64,000 nucleotides of DNA from Callorhinchus milii (GCF_018977255.1 NW_024704742.1:21764001-21828000), one strand, 5' to 3'; numbered from the stretch's first letter, positions 13,131 through 27,235 are shown. Numbers and translations: made by a program. Notes: a model not told the origin generated them from the letters alone.

Positions 13131-16100
13131 CTATTAAAACAAGCAAAATAATCCTAGTAACTGAGATTATCAGAAATATATGACATTAGCAGCTCATTGC
13201 TGCATATAATGGGAATAGTTGTATTTTTTCTTTTCAATGAAACCTATCAAAAGCAAACTAAAATCCACTCATGTGGCACACTTGAGAAAATTACTATCAT
13301 CTCTATATACTGCTATATATTTGCCAATCTCTTATACTTGAACAAGTTCATAGTTGGACTCATTACCACTTGATAGAACAATCTTACTCTATAATTCCCT
13401 TCATGCCCTAGAAGCTTCCCAACTTTCTAATCTTCCACTACCCCTCTGCTCACCTCCTCCGCTCAGCTAACTTAGGCCTGCCACACATCCCCCACCGCCT
13501 CTGCACTGGTGGCCAAGCCTTCAGATGTTACCCTCCCTCTACCATTCTATGTCTCCCTTTTCTTTCGTGAAAGGCGTTACATAAATTTGTTGTTGTTCAA
13601 ACCTGCCTCTTTAGCCACGGATGGGTATGTTCATCTGCCCTTCCCCTTGCTTGGTGTCCGACCCCATCTTTGTAAAACTCTCCAAAATTTGGAGAGCTTT
13701 ACAAAGATGGGGTCGGACACCGAGCAAAGGGATTCAAAAGGCGCTTTAAAACTGTTGATGTTAATAAACTGTTCAGTGTAAATGTAAATATCAGGTAAAC
13801 TTAAAATTCACAGGGCAGCAGACATACCAGGTTTACCTTCCTCCCCAAGTCTGCCACGTACATACTGTTTTTCTTTTAAAATGAAATGACTGTACAGCCC
13901 CATAGACTGCTATCTCCAATTCCAGAGCCTGTTTTTTTTTCTATTTTAGCAACAGTTCTCATTCTGAATTAAATACATGGCACACAAATTCCTATTTATC
14001 AGTGTATACCCTATTTATGAAATTGCTCTAAAAGTCAAAAGTACATAATTGTAAAGGGGCCCACAATTGAAAGGCTGGATCTTATTTTGAGAAACTGGGT
14101 GGTCTGTGGCAATTTTCAGTACCTGAAGCATTCATTACTAAACTGACAAATTATGACTGATAACATTGACCTCCAGCCCCACCCACTCCTGTAACTTGCT
14201 GAGAATCAAATTGAATTTTCTTTCCATAAAATCAATACTCCTAAAACTGGGCTGCAGACTAAATACATATCCTTAAACCCGCCACATTACAGCATGGGAA
14301 AACAGGATTATGTAGCAACTAATGTTACCAGTAATTTTAGACTGAATATACATTGACATCATTGGAATCCTGTTAACACTTACCACACTGAAATTTTTTA
14401 CAATTTTTTTCAGCTGGATATATTTTTAGGTACTGTCCCGCACTCGAAGAAGGTCTCAATTAATAAATGTGATGTTTATTAAGAGAACTATAACCCACAG
14501 AACAAATACTGAACAAATAGTCATGACATACAGAAAAGGAAATGAATAACTTGAGAATTTGTAAGGTCATCAAGGCAAAAGTAGAAAATAGACATGCAAT
14601 TATCCCAACAATAAAATGCACCAAGGGAGTACGATAATTACAGGAAATTTTAATTGCACTAAATTAAAAGAGGGAAAAGAGGGAAAAGATCTTTGAAAAA
14701 GTCAGTTCACAAAGCTAATTCATAACTGCTTCTTAACAAGATTTTGTGCGTTGGGGAGCAGAGAATGGAGTAAGAGACCATATTTGATCTTATATTTAGT
14801 ATTGACAGAAAGAGTGGTTGGACTCCTTAAACATAGTTTGATGTATTGATAGGAAGACTGCCGGGTGAATATTCTGGAAGGATGAGATCAAATGAGTTAA
14901 AGGTCCTTCTTCACCTAAACCAATTTTCTGATTAGTGCAAGCCTTCATCTTCTGCCATCACCTCTCATGGAAGGTGTGATGTGAAAGAAATTATTTGAAT
15001 GCAAATTGCTGTTGTGCTTGAGGATATCTTTATTAAAAACAATCTTATCCTTTGAACCTTCCCTTAATATTCTGGTATGAAATGAAACAACTTGATTTTT
15101 TCCCTCCCCAAGCACTGGAGGTAACTTTACTTATGAAGCCTTATACCACTAGGACAACCAAAAAATGCCTACCTTTATAAGCAAATCACATTTCTTTACT
15201 TTTAGAGGTCATGCATATTAGTATAAATCCAAGTACAAAATGCAGGGTATAATCATAAAATAAGACTTGTCGGGTAACCAATCTATGTAGTCTAAACATT
15301 GATAGTGCAGTGTAGCAGTTCCAAAGGAAAATAACATTTTAGGATGTCGGTGAGCTCATACATTTTTGAGTACCGTGTTCAATTGCAGCTACTGTAGGTG
15401 TGAAAATATGAAGGTAGTGGAAAAGATTTAGACGGCAACTCAACTCTTCTGGCTTATGGAAAGTGGCTAAAGGAAGGCATGTCTATTTTAATTTTAAAAA
15501 ATGTTTTTGCATGTAAAGTAGAACCACAGAAATTAACAGAACAGAAAGTTTAAATGATAGGATTAGAATAGTGAGATAACATACCAAAAAAACAAAAAAA
15601 ACTGCAGACATGAACATAAGCTAAAGAAACTTTCATTTAGCTTGCCGCAATAATAAAATAATCCTTGCATTTAATATAGAACTTTCATATTTGCAATGAA
15701 CTTGTGGCATAGACTGCCACCTAGTGAATTAAATACCAACTCGGCTTAAGAGCTGTACTGTAATGGAAAGTGGATCATTCCCAACTCAACAATGACTAGA
15801 AGGAATTCAGGGCAGGAAAAAGTCCACTTGGATCCTAATGGTGTTGACCCATTTCCAACGGTGAGAGGAAAACCTAGTTCTCTCATTCCCTCCAAGAATC
15901 AGAGATGTAAATACCCGCATGATTGAAGACCTTATTAGATAAGCAATCCCTTTTCATTCTAGGCATCTTCCACATAACACTGAAGTATATTTAACCAGTG
16001 GCTGTGAAGGCAAAGTATGGGTTCTTACCAAGAATCGACAAGCTAAATGCAACAATAGACCTACCAAAATGTACATTATATGGGGCTGCTACATCTGAAT

Positions 16101-19076
16101 AATAAAAGTACGAGTTACAGACGTTATAGCTTCACAAATATTGGGGTTGAAAAAGGGAAATGGTAGCCAAATTGACATACTGCTTCTCCTGCAAAGTGCC
16201 CACTGCTTATCACACAAAGCTATAAGAAATTGGCTCCAACTTCAGGCACATATGTTCCACATATGCTGCGGAGAAATGATTGGCGCTCATATTTAAAAGT
16301 GGGGAGATGTGGGGTTGAGAGAATCCTCTGCAATTTCTGCTCGATTAACTATGGAATTTAGGAAGCCTCCATGATGTTTCCCTCAGGTTGGGATAAAGTC
16401 TGTGACGCGCCACATGATCAGACATTCTAATGAAAGTACTTCAAATAAAAATGTAAAGTAGAACTACAGAAATTAACAGCTCCGAAAGTGGCCATAGGGC
16501 CATTATGTCTGTGCTGGATGCTTGAAAGAGCAATCCATTCAGTCCAATTTATCCACCTTAACAACAACAACTTGGAGTTATACAGCGCCCTCCATGCTGG
16601 ACAGCATCTCAGAGTGCTTCACAGTACCTTATCTACCACCTTACCTCTGAAAATTGAATATCTTTTTAAGATATCTATCAGGTTCTCTCTTGAAAATACA
16701 ACTGCGGAACAACAAATTATCAAATTAACCGAATTACAACACGACAACAACAAATTATTTATATAGCTCCTTTCACAGCAGGAGAACGTCCCGTTGCAGG
16801 ATTTGGACCTGAGCTAGGGGCGGAGGCAGGAGGGTAGGGTTAGGAGAATGACCGAAGACGCGGTCAAAGAGGAGGGTCTTGAAACTAGCCTTGAAGAAAG
16901 CAAGGGAGGGAGTGAGGCGAAGGGATTGTGGAATGAAGTTGCAAATGGTAGGAGCATTAAATTCAAGAACAGAAATAATGTCACAAAGGGTCACTACTTT
17001 TATAAAATACTGGAGTGGATATTCCCCTCATGATTCCCTCCCCCCTCATTTGATTCCCTGAGAATACTGTGTGGAATATAGCTGGAATAAGAAAGAATGG
17101 CCATAACCGGAAAATAGGAATAGGACTATAGAAAACACTATTTTGTATCCTGAAATTCAAACAATTGGAAAAAAGAATTTCAGGTGCTGTTGACTATACT
17201 TTTACTATGCCTCATATTCAATGTCTCCAATCATGCCAAGTCTTCCATGAACTTCCACAGATAGGAGCTAGGTAATGCTATTCACCCTCCCTAATTGTAT
17301 GAAAATACTCTTATTAATTACACAGCAAAACAGCATTTCCATCATAATAGAAAACATAGCTTTCCTTCTAAACTTGTTCTTGTTGAGACGCTTCACTGCT
17401 TTGAGGAAGGAAGAAAATCAGAAGCAGACACATACCATCCTGGCAGGCAAGTGCTCCAAGAACTCCGTATAAACACTATCTGGGTGGCCAGGCACACAGG
17501 CACCACAAATGTCAAGTTCTGGAGACTATATTTTTAGTACTTTTTTTTAATTTAGAAGGGGAAAACTTGATGACAGAGTTTCTCGTTGGAGCCAGAATGT
17601 GCGAGAGCATTAAACACCAGGACAGTCACTGACCCAGGATAAGTCCTACAATTCAGATCCCTCAAACTCAGTGACCCGATGACCAGAAAAGAGGCTATTG
17701 TTTCACGAGGAAAGTCAGCTAGAGATGAGTGGTATACCGCACATCCATTACAGCAGTCACCCATATTAGACCCACATTATAAGCAGATATTCAGATCAGG
17801 TGTAACTTATAACAGGATAGCCCTGTAGCTGCAAAAAGGTTAATACCTCAATTATTTTGATATCTATACAATACAGGACTTGGAACCCCTTACATTTTTC
17901 ACATTCGTTTTCAAATGTTCATCTTTCAAATTTAAAAAAAGCAAGTACATTTCATTGCAATTGTTTGTGCATTCAGTGTACACCCACAATAGAATGAAGT
18001 GTAAAACTTCAGGCTTCAATGATCTTGGAGGAACACAAGTTTAATTAGTTTGAGCTGGTACTCCCCCACATTTTGCACCAAATGCACCCAAGGGTAGACA
18101 AGCAACCTACTCTCATCCGGGTACTCTTTTGAGGTGGACACCTGTACATTTTCTTGGCTTGAGGCTTCAGAGCAAGCAGCCTTTTGAGACTTTCATGCCA
18201 TAAAATTGCAATAATAAAACTTGCATTTGTTATATCGCCTAGAACACTGAAATGTCAAGTGTGTCATAAGGAATTGTAAGTGAAGGAAATGGGCAAACAA
18301 CAGTAAATTTACATTCATCAAGGTCCCAAAAATGGTATTGAAATGAATGGACCATTTCTCAATGATGGTCAGTGAACCAGAAGATCCCCCACTTCTCTTT
18401 TTGAATTGCATTGTGGGATATTTAACATTCACGTCAACAGTTGGCTGAGATCTTGGTCTAACAGTTCATTCAAAGAGCAACATCTTCAAAAAGGCAGCAC
18501 TTCCCAACACTGCACTGGAGTTGGTCTTGATTACGAGCTCAAGTCCAGTTATAGGGCTTAAATCGACTACCTGATCCAGAGATGACATTGCGACCTTTAC
18601 ATAATGTTCCGTGACTGCTGCTGCTACTACGTACGATGAAGCAGTGATTAACACACATCAGTCATTTGATAAGCGTCTCATTGGGATATTTTCAAATGAG
18701 TTGGAACATATTGTATACCGTCAATCACATGTTCACATACTATAATAATCTATTACATTTGATATAGGGCCTTATCATGCTGTTGAGACGTCTCAAAAGC
18801 ACTTCACAGAAGTGTAGTGACTTTGGTCCGTGAAACCCTTCAGCCAATTGTGCACAGAACTACTAACTGTAATTGCTTTAAAAATGAAATGGAGGAATAC
18901 GAAAATGTTAGTTTTCTCTAAAAAAGCTGCTTTCAAATATTGACTTCCTCAGAATGATGGGAGCATATTTTTGAAAAACAATTTATAGGAAACACAAAAC
19001 ACACAGGTTGACATGAAGACAAACTACATCAGATTTAAGTGAAAGCTTAGATTTTACCCAACTTATACACTCATAC

Positions 19077-19167
19077 CTGAATTGAATGTTGACAAGATGA
19101 GGCTGAGACCCATCTGACTGCCAATAGGTTTCCAGATTATCATCACGCAACTGATCCACACCAAATC
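19077..19167 (-). CDS. ANAPC10: ANAPC10 coding exon 2
   Basis: (G)[29 protein letters not shown](R); 91 nt, canonical splice sites. Confidence 0.97.
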
Positions 19168-19788
19168 CTGATGAATTAAAAATTATAACTCCATTATTTT
19201 TGTGAAGTATATAGTTTAATAGCCAATCCTTGTTAGCATTACTAGTGAATCCCGGATTTGTACTGAAAAAAAAAAAAAATTAATTACATTTGATATAGCA
19301 CTGTTCATGTTAGGAGGATATTTCGAAGCACTAACCAGGATATACACGAAAAACCTGCCTGGCCAGACCAATGGGGTCGGGGTGGGGGAAGAGGTTGGAA
19401 AACAGAGAAAGAGAAAGAATTCCCAGCTAAGTGCAATTGCATTGCCAGTACCATCTTTCTTCGGTTCCGGCTTTTTTCGTTGCTGCCAGTACCAGCATAG
19501 CAATTGTTAGCGAATAAGCCATCTTCTGCTCACGGGATTAAATCGGGTCACAGTCAATATCCCTGGACACTGAAGACTAAGGATGGTGATGCAGGGGTGG
19601 TGTGACCACATGGTGGTCTAAGCTAGTCAGGTGCTCTCAACGTTATCAGTGATTCATACTAGTATGCTGCAAAGTTATCATCATTGCTCATTTATCAGAT
19701 CATAAATTCATGAGTTGAATCAAAGTTAAGATTAGAGATGAAAACTCAAAATGATTTCACAAACTAGACAATTGATCTGCAAGCATAC

Positions 19789-19903
19789 CCGGTTTACAAG
19801 AGGAAAGGGACCAAACCGCCTGAGAGCCTATTTCTCGCACTGTGCCAGTTCTTTCCAACTGCTTTGGATCTTCACCGGGTGGAGTCTTACTTGGGGTGGT
19901 CAT
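19789..19903 (-). CDS. ANAPC10: ANAPC10 coding exon 1 (start codon); the exon extends as 5'UTR to an acceptor at 19936
   Basis: MTTPSKTPPGEDPKQLERTGTVREIGSQAVWSLSSCKP(G). Exon lengths 115+91+121+231 = 558 nt = 185 aa + stop. Confidence 0.97.
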
Positions 19904-20149
19904 CTTTCTTCTGCGTTTCCAATGTGTAGTAGATGTCTACACAAAATTGAAACAAAAAATTTAAAAAGTCAAAAGCGTCTATAAGAGTCACCTTTTCTTA
20001 AAATCATCACAGTAGAATTAGGAAATAATGAATAAGAAATATATGTTGGTTCACCAGCCCACTAACGGTTTTGGCAAAGAAAAATGTGGTAATATACATA
20101 CACCTCTTTCGCATTATACTGTACTGACATTCAGCAATTGCATCCTATA

Positions 20150-20657
20150 CCCGTGATTTCTCCCGCACCAGGGTCCCTGACCCTATCACCCCCATCCTTG
20201 CCCAACTCCACTGGCTTCCCATCACACAGAGGATACAGTTCAAGATCCTGGTCCTCACCTTCAAAGCCCTCCATGGCCTTGCTCCCCCCTACCTCTGCGA
20301 CCTCCTAACCCCCTACCAACCGGACCACTCCCTCCGTTCAGCAGGCTCCAGCCTGCTTCACATCCCCCACCTCGCCCACCGCACCATTGACAGATGAGCC
20401 TTCAGCCATTCTGCCCGCACCCTCTGGAACTCCATCCCGCAGTCCCTCCGCCTCGTCCTGTCCCTTGCCTCCTTCAAGACCCATCTCAAGACCCTTCTGT
20501 TCAACTGTGCCTTCGATTACTCTCCTTTCCCCCACCCCTACCCTCCTGCTTCCTCCCCGATCCCAACCCCCAGCTCAGGTCTGAAAACTGACTGTCCAAC
20601 ACCTTGGGAAGTCCGCCCGACATGCAAGGCACTATACAAATGTAATTTTGTTGTTGC
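20150..20657 (+). mobile_element. L2 LINE 3' fragment
   Basis: Near-identical to the 3' parts of the 23361 and 32097 copies; (ttg)n tail. Confidence 0.85.
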
Positions 20658-23360
20658 TATAGATGTTAGTTATTTTAAAACCAACATTTTAAACTTGGCT
20701 ACAGTTCACAACATAATAGATAACACTATGGAAACTTAGAAAGGGTAGCTAGTCTACAGTTACTTACTCTACACTTACTTACTCTATACGCCTGATAATA
20801 ATCCCTGAAGAAGAAAAAAATAATAAATTGGTCACTTCAATCCACGACTGTTTGTGGGACACTGTTGTGCGCAATTGGCTGCTTCATTTCACCCATAAAT
20901 ATACAGTCAATTCACTTTACAGTATATTCTGTGAAGCGCTTTGAGACGTCTAGAAGACGTGAAAAGCACTACATCAAATGCAAGGATTATTATTATTGTT
21001 ATTAACAACAAATAAAATCTTTGTGCAGTCATGTTCGGACACAGGTTACATCCTGAAAGCATCAACATGCCAAGTATTTTACAATTCAATAGCCAGTGTG
21101 GAGGGAATTCACAACCGAGACTACAGCGCCACCTATTGTCCATCTAAAACTGCAAAACAAAATTCAAGAATTGGCTAAACCTTCCAGGTATTCAAAATTT
21201 GAACGTAGCAGGACTGGGCGCGAAACAAAAAAATTAAAACAAATTTCCATTGACCAAAAATTTCCACAGGCCACATGTAGACCTTCACTGGCATTCTCCT
21301 AGTCACACTGGCAACATCACGCTTGCTGCCCTTTACGGAGCCAAGGATATAAACTTTGACTCAGAGTTTTTGAATCCCTTGAATCCGCAATCAGAAGATA
21401 ACGTATTTGATACCTTCTGCTGGTAGAATTCAAACAATTACAATTCGGGTACAGGCTCACTCCCACCCCCAATTAGTCTGGCTATAGTCCCTAATAAGTG
21501 TACTGTATTTATATCACATTAGTAGAAACACCAAGACATGGACCGATTGGGCTGAGTGGCCGTTTCGGTGCTGTACGTTCTTTGTAAATTCATTCTAACC
21601 CAAAAGTTAGATAGCTAATATAACAATGCAAACTTTATCCATAATTCCTGAGGAAAGCACAAAAATTACACTTGAGGACAATTTTGTGAGTTTTCCTACA
21701 ATTTCTTTTAACTTTTACATAGTCTGTACAGTGCAGAAACAGGCCATTCAGCCCAATTAATCCTTGCTGACACTTTTACTCCAATAGTCTCCACCCACTC
21801 CTTACTCCCTTACATATTCTTGTATTTCCTTTTAATTGCACCTAATCTTTCCTCCATATTCCAGAGTTCTATATCCTTATGAACCTATGAGAAAGAAGTT
21901 CCTTCTAAATTCTCTTTTAGATCTCAAGTCGCTATTTACTTGGGTTCCCTGGTTACAGAGTTATCAACAACTGGGAACAGCCTATTTATGCTAAACTTAC
22001 TGAACCCTTTTATAATTTTAATGACTTCTCGGAGTTTCATGCAACTTTAGTAATCAACCAAGAAATAGCATTAGATCGTCAACTCGACTACCTTGAATAC
22101 ACTTGGTGTAATTTAGTTTTCCATGTTAACTATCGGCCATTTTCTTTTTAAAAAACTATCCCCTTCTTAAGCAAATTTTTATTTTATTTTTTGACCTCTA
22201 TTACAGGGAAGGTAGTTGCTGAGGGACAACTGAGGAAGAACCATTTTGACAGGCATCTTATATACAAAAACAAGGTAAGGGGACTCTTGCCTAAGACATT
22301 TTTTATTTATCCTTTAAACTCATATATTTCCAACAAAATTTGCCTCTTGCTAAGATAATACTCTGAAGTTTGATGCAGACAAACTTATAAGGCCAAGTGG
22401 ACTATAGGTGATTGTTTTTCTATTGTATAATATTGAAATTATCCAAATGAGGAATGAGATCTGGAACTGAACTACAAATCACAGAGTACATTCGAGCAGT
22501 AATAGTCTTAAGTGGAAGTGCCATCTAGATCTCGTGAGATTGATGAGGTCAATGGACCCTGTCTGAATATATTTGTGAACCTCCAGTCTATGCCTCTCAC
22601 AATTTTAAAGGCTTGGATTATATTCCTCCTCAAACTACTTTTCCAGTGAAAAAATAGAATGTGTATGAACCTCTCTTCATAATTTGTAACTGTGTTCCAG
22701 AATTATTATTGCTGGTCTTCTCCAAACCTTCTCATTCACTTCAGTATCTTTTTGAAGGCAAGATGTACAAAAGTGCAGCCAGCATTCCAAATGCAACTTC
22801 AACATCAATCTAAATGGGCTGGAATAAATGCTTTTGATAGTCACATACGCTGAAGATTCAACCTGTTATTCAATTAATTTTGTTGATTCCAACTTCACGT
22901 TGTCTCAAAACCTAAGGAATAAGAAATAACCACATAAACAATCTTGCTTGGCTCCTGTAATTGCTTAACTTGCAAAGCTGAAGAGTGAATGAAGCTGAAC
23001 AATTCAAGTTCAAAATGTCCCAGGTTTGATCTCTGCAGACAATTAGCTGATGTAAGGCAGGAGAGGCATTAGAGGGTACCAGTTACCACTGGAACCATAT
23101 TCCATTATAAAATCAGAATAAGGGGGTAAAATTTGGGGATAGAGTGGGGTGGGGGAAGAAAATTCTCTCTTGTAGACATTTTCTTTCCACAAAGCTGCAG
23201 CTCAAACCAACATCAGGCAATGCTACTGTGTGTGTCAGCCTGGCTCAGTGGTAGCACTCTCTGAGTCAGAAGGTTGTGTGTTCAAGCCCCCACATGAGAC
23301 TTGGAATCACAGGCTTCGCTGACACTCCAAGGCAGGAGTATCACGTCTTCATAATGTTGA

Positions 23361-24250
23361 ACAACAAAATTACATTTGCATAGTACCTTTCACGTCGAGA
23401 GGACGTCCCAAGGTGCTGGACAGATAGTTTCAGACCCAAGCTGGGGGTCAGGATCGGGGAGGGTAGCGGGCGCGGGGGGGGGGAAGCAGGGTGATCGAAA
23501 GCACGGTCTAAGAGGGTCTTGAAGGAGGCAAGGGAAGGGGGCTAGTTTGAGGGACTGCCAAATGGAGTTCCAGAGGGTGGGGGTCGGGTGGCAGAAGGCC
23601 TGCCTGCCAATAGTGGGGCGAGTGAGGCGGGGGATGCGAAGCAGGCCGGAGCCCCCTGAGCCAAGGGAGTGAGCAGGACGATAGGGTGTTAGTAGGTCAC
23701 AGAGGTAGGGGGAAGCAAGACCATGGAGGGCTTTGCAGACGAGGACCAGGATCTTAAACTGTATCCTCTGTGTGATGGGAAGCCACTGGAGTCGGGCGAG
23801 GATGGAGGTGATAGGGTCACGAAGTTTGGTGCGGGAGAGGACACCGGCTGCAGAGTTCTGGATGATCTGCAGCCTGTGGAGGGAGGAGTTGGGGAGGCTG
23901 ACAAGCAATGAGTTTGCGTAGTGAAGCCTCGATGTAATGAAGGCGTGTATGAGTGTTTCGGCGGCCTGCGGCGTGAGACAGTGGCGGAGCCGGGCGATGT
24001 TGCAGAGGTGGGGTAAGGCAGAGCGGGTCAAGACGCAGATGTGGCGTGGGGTAGAAAGGATAGTTGAGGGACAAACAAGGTGACAAGGTTCTGGACTGGC
24101 TTAGCAAGGTGGAGTGTGCAACCATGGATGGTGATGCTGTCAGCGCCTGAGGTGAGGAGGCGCTGACAGGAGTCAATCAGGAGCCTCGGTCTTGTTGACG
24201 TTCAACTGAAGAAACTTTGCTCTCATCCAGGACTTGATGTCCAACAGACA
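23361..24250 (-). mobile_element. L2 LINE 3' fragment
   Basis: ORF 23390-24031 contains HAFITSRLHYANSLL and LQWLPITQRIQFKILVL; L2 3' tail. Confidence 0.88.
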
Positions 24251-25436
24251 TTCTGTTGAAAACCTAGCTTTGCATTAAAGACTAGGGATTTCTAAATTAA
24301 TAGCAAATATGCTAGTGTTAAAAGTTGTAAGCAAAGTTCATTTATAAATACAATTTATAAAAACGTCCTGAGAGCAATTGAAATGGTAGCCCTTAACTAA
24401 AGATCGTTTTGTGTGTGCATGCATTAGTCGAGTACTGTCAGCCTAGTTCAGCAGTATATTGTCAGAGGTGCTGTCCTTCAGATTAAACTGATATCCTGTC
24501 CGTTTGTTCAGATGGACATTAAAGATCCCATTGCACTGTATGCTTCTCCTGGTGTCCCGGCCAACATCAGACATAAAATTGATTATTCATTTCATGGCTG
24601 TTTGTGCAACAATGCTGTGCATAAATTGGCAGCCACATTCACCTACTAATACTGTAACAAATGCAAGGATTATTATATTATTATAATTTCACCCACAAAA
24701 TATACAATCATTTCAATTTACAGTATATTCTGTGACGCGCTTAGAGATGTCTCGAAGATGTGATAAGGTGCTATATCAAATGCAAGGTTTATTATAATAC
24801 ATATTCACTGCAAGTTCCAGTAAATTCTGTGAAATTTGCACTGTGAAATATTTTAACATGATAAGGAGCTATATCGAATGCAAGGATTGATTTACAGTAA
24901 ACTCCTGATAGATAACTCGTCACTTCAAAGGGAAAGAGATCAACAACGAGGCCCATAAAGGGATGGTGTAGCTGGTGTGGGCACTCAGTAGAGGATGGGA
25001 TCGCATGCTCTGATGCATCGCACAGACAGCTAGTCTATCTGAGAGCCAATTGTACAGTAAAACTTGCACAAGTCTTATGTTTATAAATCGCATAAACACC
25101 TAAATCACACATTCACCCAAGTGACATTCAGTTTCCTATCAAAACCACTTAGATTTCTTTACATTACTCATATTACTCACCTCCTAAGTTGCAACAACAC
25201 TTCACTGCTCTCAATTATTGGAGCCCTTGAATCGCTGAAATTACCCATCAATGCATGTGCACTTACTAGCCAGTGGATAGCAGCATTGAATCGCAGAAAG
25301 CATTGACTTGATCAGTCAACACATGCACAGAAGAAATTCATTTTCTGCAATTTAATGCAAATCTAATGTTTGCTGGTAAGTGCGCATGCGATGACGGGTC
25401 AAGACGCATTGAATCAGGGAAATGTAGTCTTAACCC

Positions 25437-26105
25437 TTCCAACCTGCCCACTCCCTACGTTCCCTAGGCGGCTCCCTTACATTCAGCGGGCTCCGGCCTG
25501 CTCCACATCTCCCGCCCGACCATCGGTGGCCGGGCTTTCAGCCTTTCTGTCCCCACACTCTGGAACTCCATCCCATGTTCCCTTCGCCTCGCTTCCTCCC
25601 TTGCCTCCTTCAATAATAATAATCCTTGCATTTGATATAGCGCTTTTCACGTCGGGAGGACGTCCCAAAGCGCTTCACAGAACACACTGTAAAGTGAATT
25701 GACTATATTTGTGGGCGAACGCGGCAGCCAATTGCGCACAGCAATGTCCCACAAACAGTCGTAGATTGAAAATGACCAATTTATTTTTATTATTGTTTTT
25801 GGTTTTGGAGGGATTATTATTAGGCTCTGTGTGGAGTAAGGAAACTTGCCCAAGGTTTCGCCCTCTGCCTGGGATTGAACTCAGGTCTCTCACTTGCAAA
25901 GCGAGTGCTCTAACCACTGAGCTACAAGACTCCTCAGGCCTGTCTCAAGGCCGGTCTCAAGACCCTTCTCTTCGACCGTGCCTTTGGTCGCCCTCCCACA
26001 CCCTTAAGCCACCCCTCCTCCGACGCCTGACAATTCAGGACGCTTTGGGACATCCTCCCGACGTGACAGGCGCTCTCTATAGATGTAATTTCGTTGTTGT
26101 TGTTG
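25437..26105 (+). mobile_element. L2 3' fragment with 7-bp TSD (ttaaccc), interrupted by a SINE
   Basis: TSD at 25430-25436 and 26106-26112; L2 3'UTR and (ttg)n tail; SINE inserted at 25612-25933. Confidence 0.85.
25612..25933 (-). mobile_element. Young tRNA-headed Deu-domain SINE with L2-like tail
   Basis: Head with A box (tagctcagtgg) and B box (gagttcaatcc); Deu-like gtttgtgggacattgctgtgcgcaattggctgccgcgtt; (tta)n tail. Nearly identical to the 26915 and 33573 copies. Confidence 0.92.
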
Positions 26106-26145
26106 TTAACCCGTCAGTGAATGCGCACTTGCCATGACGGATTAC

Positions 26146-26629
26146 AACAACAACAAGATTTCATTTATAGAGCAGAGCGCCTTTCACGTCGGGAGGACGT
26201 CCCAAGGCGCTGTACAGTTGGGTCAGGACCCGAGCAGGGGGGGACATGGTCAGGGTGAGGGGAGGGAAGGGAGGGAGCGAGGAGGGGGGAAATGGTCAGG
26301 GTGAGGGGAGGGAAGGGAGGGAGCGAGGAGGGGGTAGAGAGTCGAGAGGGGAGCTGAAAGCAGTCAAAGAGAAAGTTCTTGAGACCGGCCTTGAAGGAGG
26401 AAAGGGAGGAGGCGGCGAAGGCACTGGGGGATAGAGTTCCAGAGCCTCGGTGCTGAGAGGCTGAAGGCCCGACCACCGATGGTAGGGCGGTTGGGGCGGG
26501 GGACGTGGAGCAGACCGGAGCCAGAGGAACGGAGGGTACGGGCAGGTAAGTTGGGGGATAGTAGGTCGGAGAGGTAGGAGGGAGCGAGGCCGTGAATGGC
26601 CTTGTAGCTGAGGATGAGGATCTTGAATT
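26146..26629 (-). mobile_element. L2 3' fragment with 8-bp TSD (cggattac)
   Basis: TSD at 26138-26145 and 26630-26637; (caa)n tail; internal ~45-bp tandem duplication at 26246-26333. Confidence 0.88.
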
Positions 26630-26914
26630 CGGATTACCGAGTGCGCCCTTACCGGCTACCGTTAAATTACACAAACACAACGGTCGACTGAACGCCAGTT
26701 GCCGCGGTGGTTGGACCAGGTGCCGGGAGGGCACCGCCCTCTCTGAGCCGTCGCCTCCGAGCGGGGCGATGAAGCTGCACACCTGCCCCCCCGGCAGCCC
26801 TGCGAGGCGCGGCCCCACGCCGAGGGCCGGGCGCTGGGCACATGATGCGAGTTGTTGTCATACAAGTTCAGCCTCGGAGCCTCCTCGCTCCACCCGTAGG
26901 AACGCCATCTATCT

Positions 26915-27235
26915 AATAATAATAATCCTTGCATTTGATATAGCGCTTTTCACGTCGGGAGGACGTCCCAAAGCGCTTCACAGAACACACTGTAAAGTGA
27001 ATTGACTGTGTATTTGTGGGCGAACGCGGCAGCCAATTGCGCACAGCAATGTCCCACAAACAGTCGTAGATTGAAAATGACCAATTTATTATTGTTTTTG
27101 GTTTTGGAGGGATTATTATTAGGCTCTGTGTGGAGTAAGGAAACTTGCCCAAGGTTTCGCCCTGACCTGCCTGGAATTGAACTCAGGTCTCTCGCTTGCA
27201 AAGCGAGTGCTCTAACCACTGAGCTACAGGACTCC
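26915..27235 (-). mobile_element. Young tRNA-headed Deu-domain SINE inside the CpG island
   Basis: Full-length copy, almost identical to 25612-25933 and 33573-33890. Confidence 0.92.

Noticed and set aside
15511..16480. 30-bp direct repeat atgtaaagtagaac(c/t)acagaaattaacag at ~15511 and ~16451
   Set aside because: It resembles a retroelement terminal fragment and is too short for LTRs. The interval shows no retroviral features.
24655..24890. Recurring aaatgcaaggattattat units that superficially resemble a CRISPR array
   Set aside because: They are stacked SINE 3' tails with irregular spacing in vertebrate DNA, and there are no cas genes.
27165..27235. tRNA-Ala(TGC)-like cloverleaf with a perfect anticodon stem (ctcgc-tttgcaa-gcgag) and A/B boxes
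   Set aside because: The acceptor stem is incomplete and the sequence continues into SINE body in many copies. It is a SINE head, not a tRNA gene.
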